Positions 10,130 to 22,275 of a stretch of DNA of 64,000 nt are shown here, piece by piece. Origin of the DNA: an uncultured Actinomycetota bacterium (GTDB taxonomy: Bacteria; Actinomycetota; Actinomycetes; Propionibacteriales; Nocardioidaceae). The notes below the pieces were generated by a model that searched no databases, was not told the origin of the DNA, and saw only the letters and a program-made list of their open reading frames with translations. The DNA lies in NCBI GenBank assembly GCA_963762105.1, contig CAVXJG010000012.1, positions 32,922 through 96,921 of the forward strand, in the 5' to 3' direction. The position numbers were made by a program, and so were the translations under genes. Positions within the stretch are counted from its first letter, which is position 1, and the number at the start of each line of letters is the position of its first letter.

Positions 10130-10879
10130 ATGGCACCCGAGAGCGGCTCCGGCAAGAAGAAGGCCCCCACGCGCGGCAAGGTCTCCGAGCTGCCCGACGG
10201 CCCGCCCGACGCGACGGGCCTGACGCCGCGCCAGCAACGGGTGCTGGCCCACATCAAGGACTCCATCGAGCTGCGCGGCTATCCGCCCAGCATGCGCGAG
10301 ATCGGCGACGCGGTCGGGCTGACCAGCTCCTCGAGCGTGGCCCACCAGCTCAAGGTGCTGGAGGAGAAGGGCTTCCTCAAGCGCGACCCCAACCGGCCGC
10401 GCGCCCTCGAGGTCTTCCTGCCCGAGGTGATGGCGGCCCGGCGCTCGCTCGGCGCGGCCGAGGAGTCGTCGTACGACGAGACCGGGATCGGCGACAGCCA
10501 TCCCGCGCCGGCCTACGTGCCCGTGGTCGGCCGGATCGCGGCCGGTGGTCCGATCCTGGCCGAGGAGCACATCGAGGAGGTCTTCCCGCTGCCGCGCGAG
10601 CTGGTCGGCGAGGGCACCCTCTTCCTGCTCGAGGTCACCGGCGAGTCGATGATCGACGCGGCCATCTGCGACGGCGACTACGTCGTGATCCGTCAGGAGC
10701 AGACCGCCGACAACGGCGACATCGTCGCCGCCCTGATCGACGGCGAGGCCACCGTCAAGACCTTCCAGCGCAAGGACGGGCGGGTCTGGCTGCTGCCGCA
10801 CAACCCGTCGTTCGAGCCGATCGACGGCACCCACGCGACGATCCTCGGCAAGGTCACCGCGGTCCTCCGCAAGGTCTGA
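10130..10879 (+). CDS. lexA: SOS repressor LexA
   Basis: LTPRQQRVL...[10 protein letters not shown], cleavage site IAAG, GESMI, EATVKT. Confidence 0.97.
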   Translation: MAPESGSGKKKAPTRGKVSELPDGPPDATGLTPRQQRVLAHIKDSIELRGYPPSMREIGDAVGLTSSSSVAHQLKVLEEKGFLKRDPNRPRALEVFLPEVMAARRSLGAAEESSYDETGIGDSHPAPAYVPVVGRIAAGGPILAEEHIEEVFPLPRELVGEGTLFLLEVTGESMIDAAICDGDYVVIRQEQTADNGDIVAALIDGEATVKTFQRKDGRVWLLPHNPSFEPIDGTHATILGKVTAVLRKV

Positions 10880-11121
10880 TTTGCCGCTCGCTCCCCGGCG
10901 TACGACGCAATGTCGGCGCCGGATGGAATCATCTGCGCCATGGTGAGCGTTGCGTCTGTGGAGGTCCCGTAAGCAATCTGTTAACCCTTCGTCCTTCTTG
11001 GCCGGGTGGGCGACAATGGCCAGCGCAACCCCTCAGGGGGTGGTCAGGGGAGCACCTGATGTGCGGGACTAGCTAAACGGGGCAACCTCGGAGTGTGAGG
11101 ATGCGGGAGAAGGAGAGCGGC

Positions 11122-12042
11122 ATGGAGCGGGGGCTCGAGCCGAGAGCGACCAGCGTGGTCCGGCGCGTCCGCGCTGGCGTGGTCGAGCTCGTCCTCATCC
11201 TCGCCCTCTATGTCGCCTACAGCGCCTCGCGACTCTTTGCCAGTGACGCCCTGCGCCCGGCGCGGCAGCGCGCCGCCGAGCTCCTCGACCTCGAGCAGGC
11301 CACCCACCTGGCGTGGGAGGGCACCCTCAACCAGTGGTTCGTCGTGTCGCGGGGGCTGAGCCTGTTCGGCAGCTTCTGGTACGCCACCGCCCACTACGTC
11401 GTGACCGGCGTGGTGCTGATCTGGCTCTACCGCCAGGGTCGCGACCGCTACGTGCCCGCCCGACGCGCCCTGCTCATCGGCACGATCATCGCGCTGGTCG
11501 CCTACCTGTTGCTCCCGACAGCCCCGCCGCGGCTGTTCGGCGGCTACACCGACGTGCTGGCCCTGACGTCGGCCGACGGCTGGTGGGGCGGCGACGCGTC
11601 CGCCCCCAAGGGCCTGGGCGGCCTGACCAACCAGCTCGCCGCCTTCCCGTCGCTGCACGCGGGCTGGGCCTTCTGGGTGGCGATCGTGGTGCAGAAGCAT
11701 GCCAAGCGGCGCTGGGTGCGGTCGCTGGGCTGGGTGCACGCGATCGTGACCGGTCTAGTCGTGATCGGCACCGGCAACCACTGGACCGCCGACGTGTTCG
11801 TCGGCTGGCTGGTCATCGGCCTGGGCTTCTGGATCGCCGCCGCGATCGCTCGTCAGGGCGGCGTCGGCGAGCCGAGCCAGGGCCTTGCGGGCTACCTGCG
11901 GGTCGGTCGTGGACCACATGGGCGGCAGGCTGGCCTTGAGGAAGCTGCCATAGCGAGCGGTGACCAGGCGGGGGTCGAGCACCGCGACGACCCCGCGGTC
12001 GGTCGTCGTGCGGATCAAGCGGCCGGTCCCCTGCGCGAGTAG
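11122..12042 (+). CDS. PAP2 family membrane protein (IPC synthase-like); 3' end uncertain
   Basis: PTAPPR, AAFPSLHAGW, TGNHW..D motifs; RBS aaggag; overlaps the dinG 3' end. Confidence 0.8.
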   Translation: MERGLEPRATSVVRRVRAGVVELVLILALYVAYSASRLFASDALRPARQRAAELLDLEQATHLAWEGTLNQWFVVSRGLSLFGSFWYATAHYVVTGVVLIWLYRQGRDRYVPARRALLIGTIIALVAYLLLPTAPPRLFGGYTDVLALTSADGWWGGDASAPKGLGGLTNQLAAFPSLHAGWAFWVAIVVQKHAKRRWVRSLGWVHAIVTGLVVIGTGNHWTADVFVGWLVIGLGFWIAAAIARQGGVGEPSQGLAGYLRVGRGPHGRQAGLEEAAIASGDQAGVEHRDDPAVGRRADQAAGPLRE

Positions 12043-13875
12043 CAGCGCCGCGTGGGTCGCCGCGACCTGCATGAACCCGTTGCCTCCGGCCTGGTCGGCC
12101 GCACGCTGACGCGCGGACATGAGTGGGTCGTCGGGTCGCGGGAACGGGATGCGGTCGATCAGCACCAGCTGGCAGGTCTCGCCGGGCACGTCGAGGCCCT
12201 GCCAGAGGCTGAGCGTGCCGAAGAGGCACGTGTGCGGGTCCTCGACGAACTGTCGGGCGAGCTCGGGCAGCTGGGCGTCGCCCTGCGCGAGCGTGGTGAG
12301 GTGGGGCAGCCGCTCGCGGACCGCCTCCGCCGCCGTCTCCGCCGCCCTGCGTGACGAGAAGAGCCCCAGCGTGCGGCCCTGGGCCGCGTCGACCAGCTCG
12401 CAGATCTCGTCGAGCTGCGCCTGACCGAGACCGTCGCGGCCGGGCGTCGGCAGGTGCCGGGCGACATAGAGGATGGCCTGGCGGCCGTAGTCGAACGGCG
12501 ACCCCACGTCGAGACCGCGCCAGCCGATCACGCCCTCGGCAGCGGGCTCGGCGTTGACCGCGGCACCGTCGACCACCCGCTCGGCCGGCTTGAGGCCGAT
12601 GGAGACCGCCATCGCGGAGAAGTCACCGCCGAGCATCAGCGTCGCCGAGGTGAAGACCGCGGTGGTGTCGCTGAGCAGCTTGTCGCGCATCGGACCCCAG
12701 ACCTGCAGCGGGGCCACGCACAGCCGCGGCGGGATGCGCTCGCCGCCCTCGGCCAGCCAGAGCACGTCGGCCTCCGAGCCCGCGGCCATCCGCTCGGAGG
12801 TCGCGAACACCTCCTGCACCGAGCCGCGGGCCTGGGTGCGGCCGGCGTCTGCGTCACCGGCTCCTTCCGGTTCGCGCGGGTACGCCGACAGGCAGGCCCG
12901 CGCCGCGTCGCGGACCAGCACCAGCGCGTCGCGCAGCTGCTCGGGCACGGTGTCGAACCGGCCGGGGCTGGCGTCGTCCATCGCCGCCCCCAACGCGTCG
13001 GCGGCGTCGGCGAGGTCGTCGGCCTCGGTGCCCTCGACGTGTCGCTGGGAGCGCCGGGCGGCCCGCTCCACCTCGCTCACGGTCAGCTCGTCGGTGGCGG
13101 CCTGGGTGACCCGCGAGACGAGCTCATGGGCCTCGTCGACGACCACGACGTCGTAGTCGGGGATCATCGGCACGCCCTCGATGGCGTCGATCGCCAGCAG
13201 CGAGTGGTTGGTGACGATCAGGTGGGAGCGCTGGGCCTCCTCGCGGGCGGTCTCGACGAAGCACTCCTGCCCGAAGGGGCAGCGGCTGGCGCCGAGGCAC
13301 TCGCGATGGCTCACCGAGACCTGCCGCCACTCGCGGTCGGTGTGCCGCGGTGCGTGGTCGCGCTCGCCGGAGCCGTTGTTGGTGGCTTCCTCCTCGGCCC
13401 ATGCCCGGAGCTGGAGCACCTTGCCGGCCATCGAGCCGACGGGCACGTCGACCAGGGTTCCCTGGTCGTCGGGGACGCCCTCGCGGATCCGGTGCAGGCA
13501 GGCGTAGTTGGAGCGGCCCTTCAGCACGGCGTACGACGTGTCGATGCCCTCGGCGCGCTCGCCCAGGCCGTCGACGGCCGCGACCAGCCGTGGGATGTCG
13601 CGCTCGACGAGCTGGTGCTGGAGGGCGAGGGTGGCGGTGGCGACCACGACGCGGCGTTTGTGGAGCAGCGCGGGCACGAGGTAGCCCAGGGACTTGCCCG
13701 TGCCGGTGCCCGCCTGGACGAGCAGGTGCTCGCCCGACTGCATCGCCGACGCGACCGCCTCGGCCATCTCGACCTGGCCCGGCCTCTCCTCGCCGCCGAT
13801 CCCCTCCACCGCCGACGCCAGCACGTCGTGGAGCCGACTGGTCTCGGTCTCGCTGGTGGTGGGGGCGTCGGGCAC
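11755..13875 (-). CDS. dinG: DinG family ATP-dependent DNA helicase
   Basis: QAGTGTGKS, KGRSNYAC, DEAH, SPFDY, LAQGTGRLIR, LDPRL. Confidence 0.9.
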   Translation of the reverse strand: MPDAPTTSETETSRLHDVLASAVEGIGGEERPGQVEMAEAVASAMQSGEHLLVQAGTGTGKSLGYLVPALLHKRRVVVATATLALQHQLVERDIPRLVAAVDGLGERAEGIDTSYAVLKGRSNYACLHRIREGVPDDQGTLVDVPVGSMAGKVLQLRAWAEEEATNNGSGERDHAPRHTDREWRQVSVSHRECLGASRCPFGQECFVETAREEAQRSHLIVTNHSLLAIDAIEGVPMIPDYDVVVVDEAHELVSRVTQAATDELTVSEVERAARRSQRHVEGTEADDLADAADALGAAMDDASPGRFDTVPEQLRDALVLVRDAARACLSAYPREPEGAGDADAGRTQARGSVQEVFATSERMAAGSEADVLWLAEGGERIPPRLCVAPLQVWGPMRDKLLSDTTAVFTSATLMLGGDFSAMAVSIGLKPAERVVDGAAVNAEPAAEGVIGWRGLDVGSPFDYGRQAILYVARHLPTPGRDGLGQAQLDEICELVDAAQGRTLGLFSSRRAAETAAEAVRERLPHLTTLAQGDAQLPELARQFVEDPHTCLFGTLSLWQGLDVPGETCQLVLIDRIPFPRPDDPLMSARQRAADQAGGNGFMQVAATHAALLLAQGTGRLIRTTTDRGVVAVLDPRLVTARYGSFLKASLPPMWSTTDPQVARKALARLADAALTSDRGGDPEAQADDQPADEHVGGPVVAGADHD

Positions 13876-13933
13876 CCCGGCACCCTACGTCCGCGCGCGG
13901 ACAGTCAGGACGGCGCGCCCACAGACAGTCCCG

Positions 13934-16566
13934 TCAGGCGGTGGGGAGGCCTGCGATCCGGGCGAGCCCGGCCATCACGTCGTCTGGCACCAGTCGTGGC
14001 GACGACTCCTCGAGGGCGTCAAGGCCGGCGGCTTCAGGCTCGAGCCTGGCCAGATAGTCGAGCAGCGGAGTCGGTGTGTCTTTGAGGTCGACCTCGAACC
14101 TCGTCGCCAGCCGCTGGGCCTGGGCGAGGGTACGTGAGCCGGCATCGAGGTCCCCGGCCGCCGCGAGCACGGCGGCCGCCGTGATCAGGTTCCCGACGAG
14201 GCTGAGCGGGAGCACTTCCTCTTCCCTCAACGACGAGTGGAGGTGCCGGGCTGCGCTCGCCAGGTCACCGTCCATCACGTCGGCAATCCCCAGGAGTCGG
14301 ACCGCCTTGCCTCTCGTTGTGTGCGAGCCCGCGACCGTGCCGAACCAGGTCCAACAGACGGTCAGCGCACGCCCTTGTCGCCGCGGCGTCGCCCTCCTCG
14401 ATCAGCAGCCCTCCCAGCGTGCTGAGGCCGAAACAGACTCCGACGTCGTCGCCCTGACGCTCGGCAGAGGGCGATCGAGCGCTCGATGAAGCCGCGCCCC
14501 TCCGCAAGGTCTCCCCGGGAGGTCGCGATAAATGCTGAGATGTCGCAGGCGATCGCCTCCTCGTGGACACCGCCGTGGTCGACCGCATAGGCCCGGGCTC
14601 GAGCAGCCGCGTCGCGGGCGTCGTCGAGGCTGCCCGCCTGAAGGCAGGCCGCGGCCAGGAAGCTCCAGGCGAGCACGACGAGCTCGGGATCCGACTGCAG
14701 GGCGGCTTCGTGCAACACCGCTCGCTCGAGAGCCGACTTCGAGCCCGTGGCGCTGGCCAAGTAGGCCGCGGTCGCCGAGAGCACGTCGAGCGTCGCCGCC
14801 TCGCGCTCGGTGAGGGAGGCTCGGGCATCCTCCGACAGGGGGCTCCCGAGCACATCCGCCGGGCGGGGAGAGACGGTCCAGACGCCGCGCCACCCCCGCG
14901 CCAAGCGGCAGTAGAGATGGGGGTCGTGATGCGCGGCCCAACCCAACGCCTGCGACCAGTTGGGGAGCTCGTCGATGAGCTCTCGGGTGATCGCTGCCCC
15001 GGTCGGCCCCACCATCTGGGCACGCTTTCGCTCGGCGATCTCGGCGAAGTACGTTGCGTGGCGCTGTTCGAGCGAGACCTCGGGGGATCGTCGCCTCGCT
15101 TCCGCCAGCAGGAGCTGCAGCAGGAAGAACCGCCGACCCGAGGGTGCGTCCGCAGTCAGCACGAGACTGGCGTCGACGAGCTCGGAGAGCCAGTCGTCGA
15201 CGTCGGCCTGGGACTCGGCGGCCGACGAGCACACCTGCTCCGCGGCGTCGAGAGTGAAGCCACCCTGGAACACACCGAGCCGGGGGAACCCCGCGAGGGC
15301 CGGAGGACTCAACAGCGACAGGCTCCAAGCGATCGTCGCCTCCACGGATGCATGTCGGTCCGAGGAGGTGGCCTTGGCCGTGTGACTGACGAGAGGTCGA
15401 CCGACGCGCTCCCACAGCTGCGCCGGACTCATGATGGCCAGCCGACTGGCCGCGAGCTCCAGGGCAAGGGGTAGCCCGTCCAGGGCCCGGCACACGCGCT
15501 CCACGTCCTGGAGCTCGGCAGGCGTAGGGGTGTAGCCCGGGACCGCGTGCCGAGCAGCCTGGAGGAACACCTCGACGGCAGGGGATGGTCCGGCCTCGTC
15601 GCCACCGGACTCGGGTGGGAGCTCGAGCGGCGGAACGACGACGACGCTCTCGCCGGCCAGCCCCAGGCGCGTCCGGCTGGTCACCAGTGCGGTCAGGCCC
15701 GGTGCCGCCTGCAGCAATTGGTGCAGCGGTGCGGCATGCATCGCTACCTGTTCCAGGTTGTCGCACACGAGCAGCGTCGGGTCATCCGGCAACGCGGCAG
15801 CCACTTCGCCGGGATCCTCGGGGCTTGGGCCGTGGTAGCCCACGGCGTTGGCGATGCCCACCATCAAGGAAGTGGCGTCGAGGGCTTCGGACAGGTCGGC
15901 AAACGAGACGGAGGCAAGTCCCTCCTCGGCAACGACGTGTGCCACCGCAAGCGCCAGTCGGGTCTTCCCGACCCCGCCCGGCCCTCTCAGGGTGATGAGC
16001 CGACTGCCGGACCGGATGGCTCCGACGACGGACGCGATCAGGCTGTCGCGCCCGATGATCGGGTCGAGCGGCACCGGCACCCGCGAGGCGTCCCACGACA
16101 CCTTGCCGCGGCTCGTTCTCTCACTCATGCGGGAGCCCGACGCCTCGGCCGTTGGCGCCTCCTCGGAAGTGATGCGACGCACGATGGCATCGACTGCGGC
16201 TTGAGGCGCCTCCCTGTCGGCCTCCACCCAGTGGCGGGTGGACAACAGGTACTCAAGTGGACCGTCAAGAGTGACGGGCTCCAGGAGAACGGGAATGACG
16301 TCCTTGTCGTGCTCGACGGCGAGCGTCAATTCGCGATGCACGTGCTTCGACTCGAGCGTCGCCGGACTGACGAGGACGATGAACGCGCTGCATCGGTCGA
16401 TCTCGTGGAGGAGTTCGCCGGCCCACGAGTCGCGACCGACCATGTCGTCGGGCGCGAGCCAGCTCTCGTACCCAGCGTCCGCCAGCCCGCTCTTCAGCCG
16501 ACGAGCTGACAAGACGTCGGCGTGAGCGTGACTGATGAAGATCCGACCATCGGCATGGCTCCCCAT
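13934..16566 (-). CDS. TIR domain-STAND (NB-ARC-like) ATPase-TPR protein, frameshifted near 14460 and 14320
   Basis: TIR (IFISHAHAD...SKHVHREL), Walker A GPGGVGKT, Walker B LLVCDNLE, LVTSR, LDGLPLALELAA; the helical C-terminus continues in ORFs 14265..15023 and 13934..14278. Confidence 0.8.
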
Positions 16567-16655
16567 GGACCGTCCCCCTCCGAGCGCAACCCCCGAGCTC
16601 AGTGGTCAAACTATGGCGAAGAAGCGGGATTGGCGCCATGCCCCAGGGGGCGGCG

Positions 16656-18923
16656 TTAGATGACGGCGCCGGAATCCTCCGCGGTCTCGCGCTTGACCCG
16701 GACGGGCTTGGAGCGCGAGAGCGGCCAGCGCTCCTGCAGGTAGGTGACGATCGGGGTGGCGGTGAAGACCGACGAGTAGGTGCCGATCACCAGGCCGAGG
16801 AGCAGCGCGATGGCGAAGTCGCGCAGCGAGTCGCCGCCCAGGATCGCCAGCGCGGCCAGGATGAACATCGCGCCGAGGCCGGTGTTGACCGTGCGCGGCA
16901 TGGTCTCGACGGCGGCCCGGTTGGCGACCTCGACGAAGGGCACCTCGCCGCGGGAGGCGTACCAGCGCTCGCGGATGCGGTCGAAGACCACCACGGTGTC
17001 GTTGACCGAGAGGCCGATGATCGTCATCGCCGCCGCCAGGAACACCCCGTCGATCGGCTTGCCGAGCCAGGCGAAGACGCCGGTCACGATGACCACGTCG
17101 TGGAACATCGCGAGCACGGCGGCCAGGCCGAACGTCCACTTGAAGCGGATGGCGAGATAGAGCAGCTGGACGAGGAACGCGACGGCGAAGGCGATCAGTG
17201 CCTTGGTGCGCAGCTCGTCGCCGAGCGAGGCGCCGATCTTCTCGTCGCGCTCCTTGGTGGCGCCACCACCGGCCTCGTCGATGGCGGCCTGGATCTGGAG
17301 GGCCTGGTCCTCGGTGATCTCGCCCACCCGCACGGTGATCTTGTCGTTGTCGGCCTCCTGCACGGTCGCCTCGGGGAAGCCGGCGTCGGCCACCGCCTCG
17401 CGGGCCTCGTCGGCGTCGAGCGGCTGGGCGGTGGAGTACTCGAGCACCCGCCCGCCGGTGAACTCCACGCCGAGGTTGAGGCCGTTGGCGAAGATGCCAC
17501 CGAGCGCGGCGACCAGCGCGACCCCCGAGATCGCCAGCCAGAGCCGCCGGCGCGACATCAGGTCGGGCCGCTTCTCGTCGAGCCAGGTGCGCACCCGCCC
17601 GACGTTGGAGAGCCCGGTGATGCCCGGCCTCTTGGCCACGAAGGGAGTCGAGACCGCCATCTCGGTCAGCACCCGGGCGATGATCAGCGCCGAGATCATC
17701 GAGGCGATGACGCCGATCGACAGCGTCACGCCGAAGCCCTTGATCGGCCCGGATCCGAGGAAGAACAGCAGGCCCGCCGCCAGCAGGGTGGTGACGTTGG
17801 AGTCGATGATCGCCGTCCACGCCTTGTTGAAGCCGACCATCAGCGCGCGCCGGATGCCGGCCGACGGGTGCTCGGCGTACTCCTCACGTGCGCGTTCGAA
17901 GACCAGCACGTTGGCGTCGATCGCCAAGCCGATGGCGAGCACGAAGCCGGCCAGCCCGGGCAGGGTCAGCGTCGAGCCGAGGGCGACGAGCATGGCGTAG
18001 GCCAGCAGCGCGTACGACGTCAGCGCGAGCGTCGCGAGGAAGCCGACGAGGCGGTAGACCAGGCCGATGAAGAGCGCGGTCAGCGCCAGCCCGACCAGCG
18101 CCGCCTGCCAGGACGCCTCGATGGCCGCCTGCCCCAGCGTCGGCCCGACGGTGCGCTGCTCGATCACCTCGACGGGCACCGGCAGCGCGCCGCCCTCGAT
18201 GAGGATGGCCAGGTCGGTGGCCGTCTCGAACGTGAACCCGCCCGTGATGCTGGTGGTGCCGGTGATGCTGGCCCCACACGGCACCTGCACCTCGGGCGAG
18301 GAGATGACCGCCTCGTCGAGCACGATCGCGACTCGGCGGGGGTCGCCCTGGGCGCACGCGGCGTCGCCGGACAGCTTGCCGAAGATGTCGGAGCCCTTGC
18401 CGGTGAAGTCGACGTTGACGGCCCAGTCGACCGACTGTTGGGGCATCTCGGCCTGGGCGCCGGTGATCTCGTTGCCGTCCATCGCGACGGGGCCGACCTC
18501 GAGGTAGCCCGACGTCTCGTCGGGATAGATCAGGTTCCCGGGCTTGGACGGCTTCGCGTTCGGGCCGGCCGCCGTCGCGACGACCGGGTGGACGGTGAGC
18601 TGCGCCGTGCGCCCCAGCACCTCGAGCGCCTGGCGCGGGTCCTGCACGTCGGGCAGCTCGACGATGATCCGGTTCTCACCCGCGCGCACCAGCGTGGGCT
18701 CGGCGACGCCGATCGCGTCGATCCGACCGCGGAGCACCTCGACGGCCCGGTCGGTGGCCTCGCCGTCGGCCTTGACGCGCTCGGTGTCCTGGGTCTGCAG
18801 GGTGATCTGGGTGCCGCCGCGCAGGTCGAGCCCGAGCCGCGGCGAGGCGCTCAGGGCGATGGCCGCGCACCCGCCGAGCAGGCCGAGGACGAGCAGCAAC
18901 CGCAGCAGCACGCCTCGACCCAT
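16656..18923 (-). CDS. secDF: Fused protein translocase subunit SecDF
   Basis: [45 protein letters not shown]. Confidence 0.93.
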   Translation of the reverse strand: MGRGVLLRLLLVLGLLGGCAAIALSASPRLGLDLRGGTQITLQTQDTERVKADGEATDRAVEVLRGRIDAIGVAEPTLVRAGENRIIVELPDVQDPRQALEVLGRTAQLTVHPVVATAAGPNAKPSKPGNLIYPDETSGYLEVGPVAMDGNEITGAQAEMPQQSVDWAVNVDFTGKGSDIFGKLSGDAACAQGDPRRVAIVLDEAVISSPEVQVPCGASITGTTSITGGFTFETATDLAILIEGGALPVPVEVIEQRTVGPTLGQAAIEASWQAALVGLALTALFIGLVYRLVGFLATLALTSYALLAYAMLVALGSTLTLPGLAGFVLAIGLAIDANVLVFERAREEYAEHPSAGIRRALMVGFNKAWTAIIDSNVTTLLAAGLLFFLGSGPIKGFGVTLSIGVIASMISALIIARVLTEMAVSTPFVAKRPGITGLSNVGRVRTWLDEKRPDLMSRRRLWLAISGVALVAALGGIFANGLNLGVEFTGGRVLEYSTAQPLDADEAREAVADAGFPEATVQEADNDKITVRVGEITEDQALQIQAAIDEAGGGATKERDEKIGASLGDELRTKALIAFAVAFLVQLLYLAIRFKWTFGLAAVLAMFHDVVIVTGVFAWLGKPIDGVFLAAAMTIIGLSVNDTVVVFDRIRERWYASRGEVPFVEVANRAAVETMPRTVNTGLGAMFILAALAILGGDSLRDFAIALLLGLVIGTYSSVFTATPIVTYLQERWPLSRSKPVRVKRETAEDSGAVI

Positions 18924-19069
18924 GCGGGCGATCTTGGCAAAGCCGGCCAACTCTGCCGAATCGGCGGGCCTGGCGACACGGGATCCGTGACCCGAACGTG
19001 CTTGTGGCAACGAAATCCGATCCTCTAGGTTGCGGGCAACGAAGATCTCGTTACTCCCGAAGGGTCCCC

Positions 19070-20119
19070 ATGTCCGCCGTACGCCTGGAGTCGGTGACGA
19101 AGCGCTTCGGGCCGGTCACCGCGGTCGACGATCTCGACCTCGAGATCCGCGACGGCGAGTTCTTCTCGATGCTCGGCCCGTCGGGCTCGGGCAAGACCAC
19201 CGTGCTGCGGATGATCGCGGGCTTCGAGGCGCCGACCGAGGGACGAGTCTTCCTCGAGGGCCGCGACGTCACCCGGCAGGCGCCGTTCGCGCGCAACGTC
19301 AACACGGTGTTCCAGGACTACGCGCTCTTCCCGCACCTCGACGTGATCGCCAACGTGGAGTACGGCCTCGCGGTCAAGAAGGTGCCGCGTGCGGAGCGAC
19401 GGAAGCGAGCCGAGGCGGCGCTCGAGTCGGTCCGGCTGAGCGGGTACGGCGCCCGCCGGCCCTCACAGCTCTCCGGCGGGCAGCGGCAGCGCGTCGCCCT
19501 GGCCCGGGCGCTGGTCAACCGGCCGCGGGTGCTGCTGCTCGACGAGCCGCTCGGCGCCCTCGACCTCAAGCTGCGCCGCGAGATGCAGATCGAGCTCCAG
19601 GAGCTCCAACGCGACGTCGGCATCACCTTCGTCTTCGTCACCCACGACCAGGAAGAGGCGCTCACGATGAGCGACCGGATCGCGGTCTTCAACGACGGAC
19701 GCATCGAGCAGGTCGCCACGCCGGCCGAGCTCTACGAGTCGCCCGCCTCGTCGTTCGTGGCCGGCTTCGTGGGCACCTCCAACCTGCTGACCGGCGATGC
19801 GGCCCGGCGGGTGGTCGGCCGCGACGGCTCGTTCTCGATCCGGCCCGAGAAGATCCAGCTCGTCGGCGCCGGCGACTCCACGGACCAGCGCACCCAGGGC
19901 ACGGTCGAGGCGGTCGTCTATCTCGGCTCGGTCAACCACTACGTCGTGGAGCTCGACGGCGGCGGCACCCTCACCGTCCTCCGGCAGAACCTGCACGGCA
20001 CCTCCGACCAAGCCATCGACCGCGGCGACCGCGTCGGGCTGGGCTGGGCCGACGAGCACGTCATCGATCTCACCCGCACCACCACCGCCTCGGGACACCC
20101 TCAGGAGGAACCGTCATGA
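19070..20119 (+). CDS. Polyamine-type ABC transporter ATP-binding protein
   Basis: [32 protein letters not shown]-like C-terminus. Confidence 0.92.
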   Translation: MSAVRLESVTKRFGPVTAVDDLDLEIRDGEFFSMLGPSGSGKTTVLRMIAGFEAPTEGRVFLEGRDVTRQAPFARNVNTVFQDYALFPHLDVIANVEYGLAVKKVPRAERRKRAEAALESVRLSGYGARRPSQLSGGQRQRVALARALVNRPRVLLLDEPLGALDLKLRREMQIELQELQRDVGITFVFVTHDQEEALTMSDRIAVFNDGRIEQVATPAELYESPASSFVAGFVGTSNLLTGDAARRVVGRDGSFSIRPEKIQLVGAGDSTDQRTQGTVEAVVYLGSVNHYVVELDGGGTLTVLRQNLHGTSDQAIDRGDRVGLGWADEHVIDLTRTTTASGHPQEEPS

Positions 20120-21336
20120 GAAAAATCCGCACCCTTGCCGGCACGGCGGCCCTCGGGCTCGTGCTGGCCACCGCTCTGGCCGCCTGCGGCACCGACGATG
20201 GTGGCGACGACAGCGGCGGCCAGGCTGCCGAGGAGCAGGGCGGGTTCACCCCGCCCGACGTCCCGATGGCCGAAGAGCTCGGCGACAACGAGGGCACGCT
20301 CAGCGTGCTCGCCTGGCCGGGCTACGCCGAGGACGGCAGCACCGACAAGGCCGTTGACTGGGTGACGCCGTTCGAGGAGAAGACCGGCTGCGACGTGTCG
20401 GTGAAGTACTTCGGCACCTCTGACGAGGCCGTGACCCTGATGAAGAGCGGTCAGTACGACGTGGTGTCGGCCTCCGGCGACGCGACCCTGCGCATGATCG
20501 CCGCCGGCGACGTGGCTCCCGTCAACACCGACCTGATCCCCAGCTACGCCGAGACTTGGGACTACCTCAAGGACCGCGCCTGGAACTCCGTCGACGGCCA
20601 GATGTACGGCGTCCCACACGGCTACGGCGCCAACCTGCTGATGTACAACACCGACGAGGTCAGCCCCGCCCCGACCAGCTGGAGTCCGGTGTTCGAGGGT
20701 GCTGCCGACTACAGCGGCGAGGTGACGGCGTACGACTCGCCGATCTACATCGCCGACGCCGCGCTGTACCTGATGACGACCCAGCCCGACCTCGGCATCG
20801 AGGACCCCTACGCCCTGGACGCCGACCAGCTGGCCGCGGCGGTCGACCTGTTGAAGTCGCAGCGCGAGCACGTCGGTGAGTACTGGTCTGACTACCTCAA
20901 GGAGGTGCAGGCCTTCGGAAGCGGCGACACCGTGGTCGGCACCAGCTGGCAGTTCGTCGCGAACCTCGCCCAGGCCGAGAAGACCCCCGTCGAAGTCGTC
21001 CTCCCGGAGGAGGGTGCGACCGGCTGGTCGGACACCTGGATGATCGGGTCGAAGACCGAGAGCCCGAACTGCGCCTACGCCTGGCTCGAGCACGTGATCA
21101 GCGCCGAGACGAACGCCGAGATCTCCGAGTGGTTCGGCGAGGCGCCGGCCAACACCAAGGCCTGCGACTTCACCGCGGAAGGCTTCTGCGAACAGTTCCA
21201 CGCCTACGACGAGACGTTCGCCGACCAGATCCACTACTGGACGACGCCGATCGAGCAGTGCCTCGACGGACGCACGGACGTGACGTGCACGACGTACCAG
21301 GAGTGGACCCAGGCCTGGACCGAGATCAAGGGCTGA
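20116..21336 (+). CDS. Polyamine-type ABC substrate-binding lipoprotein
   Basis: Lipobox LAAC; AWPGY, ASGDA, GWSDTW (PotD/YdcS-like). Confidence 0.9.
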   Translation: MRKIRTLAGTAALGLVLATALAACGTDDGGDDSGGQAAEEQGGFTPPDVPMAEELGDNEGTLSVLAWPGYAEDGSTDKAVDWVTPFEEKTGCDVSVKYFGTSDEAVTLMKSGQYDVVSASGDATLRMIAAGDVAPVNTDLIPSYAETWDYLKDRAWNSVDGQMYGVPHGYGANLLMYNTDEVSPAPTSWSPVFEGAADYSGEVTAYDSPIYIADAALYLMTTQPDLGIEDPYALDADQLAAAVDLLKSQREHVGEYWSDYLKEVQAFGSGDTVVGTSWQFVANLAQAEKTPVEVVLPEEGATGWSDTWMIGSKTESPNCAYAWLEHVISAETNAEISEWFGEAPANTKACDFTAEGFCEQFHAYDETFADQIHYWTTPIEQCLDGRTDVTCTTYQEWTQAWTEIKG

Positions 21337-21340
21337 GCCC

Positions 21341-21427
21341 CGTTGGTCGAGGAGGGCCGTCAAGGCCCGTCACGAGACCCCTCACCGGGTCTCGTGACGG
21401 GCGCTAGCGCGCCCTCCTCGACCAGCG
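21341..21427. repeat. Inverted pair of REP-like repeats overlapping the permease 5' end
   Basis: cgttggtcgaggag...cacgagacc / ggtctcgtgacgggcgc...ctcctcgaccagcg. Confidence 0.85.
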
Positions 21428-22275
21428 GCGGTGTGCTCCACCGCCACCCCCGGCTCCGGCTTGGGCTGCTCCTCGGGCCGCCCATGCTGTGGCTGGGGGT
21501 GGGGTACCTGGTCGCGCTCGCGGCGCTGTTCATCACCGCGCTGTGGACCGCCAACGGGTTCACCGGCAACATCGAACGCACCTGGACGCTCGACAACTTC
21601 CGCGAGCTCTTCAGCCTCGACGTCTACCGCACCATCACCATCCGCACCTTGCTCACCGCGGTCGGGGTGACGGTCATCGACGCGGTCATCGCCTTCCCGG
21701 TCGCGCTCTACATGGCGAAGGTCGCCTCGCCACGAGCCCAACGCCTGCTCGTCATCGCGATCCTGACGCCGTTGTGGGCGTCGTACCTCGTCAAGGCGTA
21801 TGCCTGGCGCGGCATGTTCAGCAATGACGGGCCGATCGCCTGGGTGCTGGCGCCCTTCGGGCTCTCGTCGCCGGGGTACGGGCTGTTCGCGACGGTGGTG
21901 ACGCTGGCCTACCTGTGGCTGCCCTACATGATCCTGCCGATGTACGCCGGCCTGGAGCGGCTGCCGAACTCCCTGCTCGAGGCGTCTGCCGACCTCGGCG
22001 CCGGGTGGGGCATGACCATGCGGCGGGTGGTGCTGCCCGTGCTGTTCCCAGCAGCCGTGGCCGGGTCGATCTTCGCGTTCTCGCTGACGCTCGGCGACTA
22101 CATCGCGGTCCAGATCGTCGGCGGCGCCAACCAGATGCTCGGCAACGTCATCTACGACAACGTGCTGAAGGGCAACAACCTGCCGTTCGCCGCGGCGGTG
22201 GCGACGATCCCCGTCGTCATCATGCTCGCCTATCTGGCCGCCGTGCGCCGCACCGGAGCGCTGGAGAACCTATGA
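21394..22275 (+). CDS. ABC permease (PotB-like); start uncertain
   Basis: LEASADLGA EAA loop; TM helices. Confidence 0.88.
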   Translation: MTGASAPSSTSGGVLHRHPRLRLGLLLGPPMLWLGVGYLVALAALFITALWTANGFTGNIERTWTLDNFRELFSLDVYRTITIRTLLTAVGVTVIDAVIAFPVALYMAKVASPRAQRLLVIAILTPLWASYLVKAYAWRGMFSNDGPIAWVLAPFGLSSPGYGLFATVVTLAYLWLPYMILPMYAGLERLPNSLLEASADLGAGWGMTMRRVVLPVLFPAAVAGSIFAFSLTLGDYIAVQIVGGANQMLGNVIYDNVLKGNNLPFAAAVATIPVVIMLAYLAAVRRTGALENL

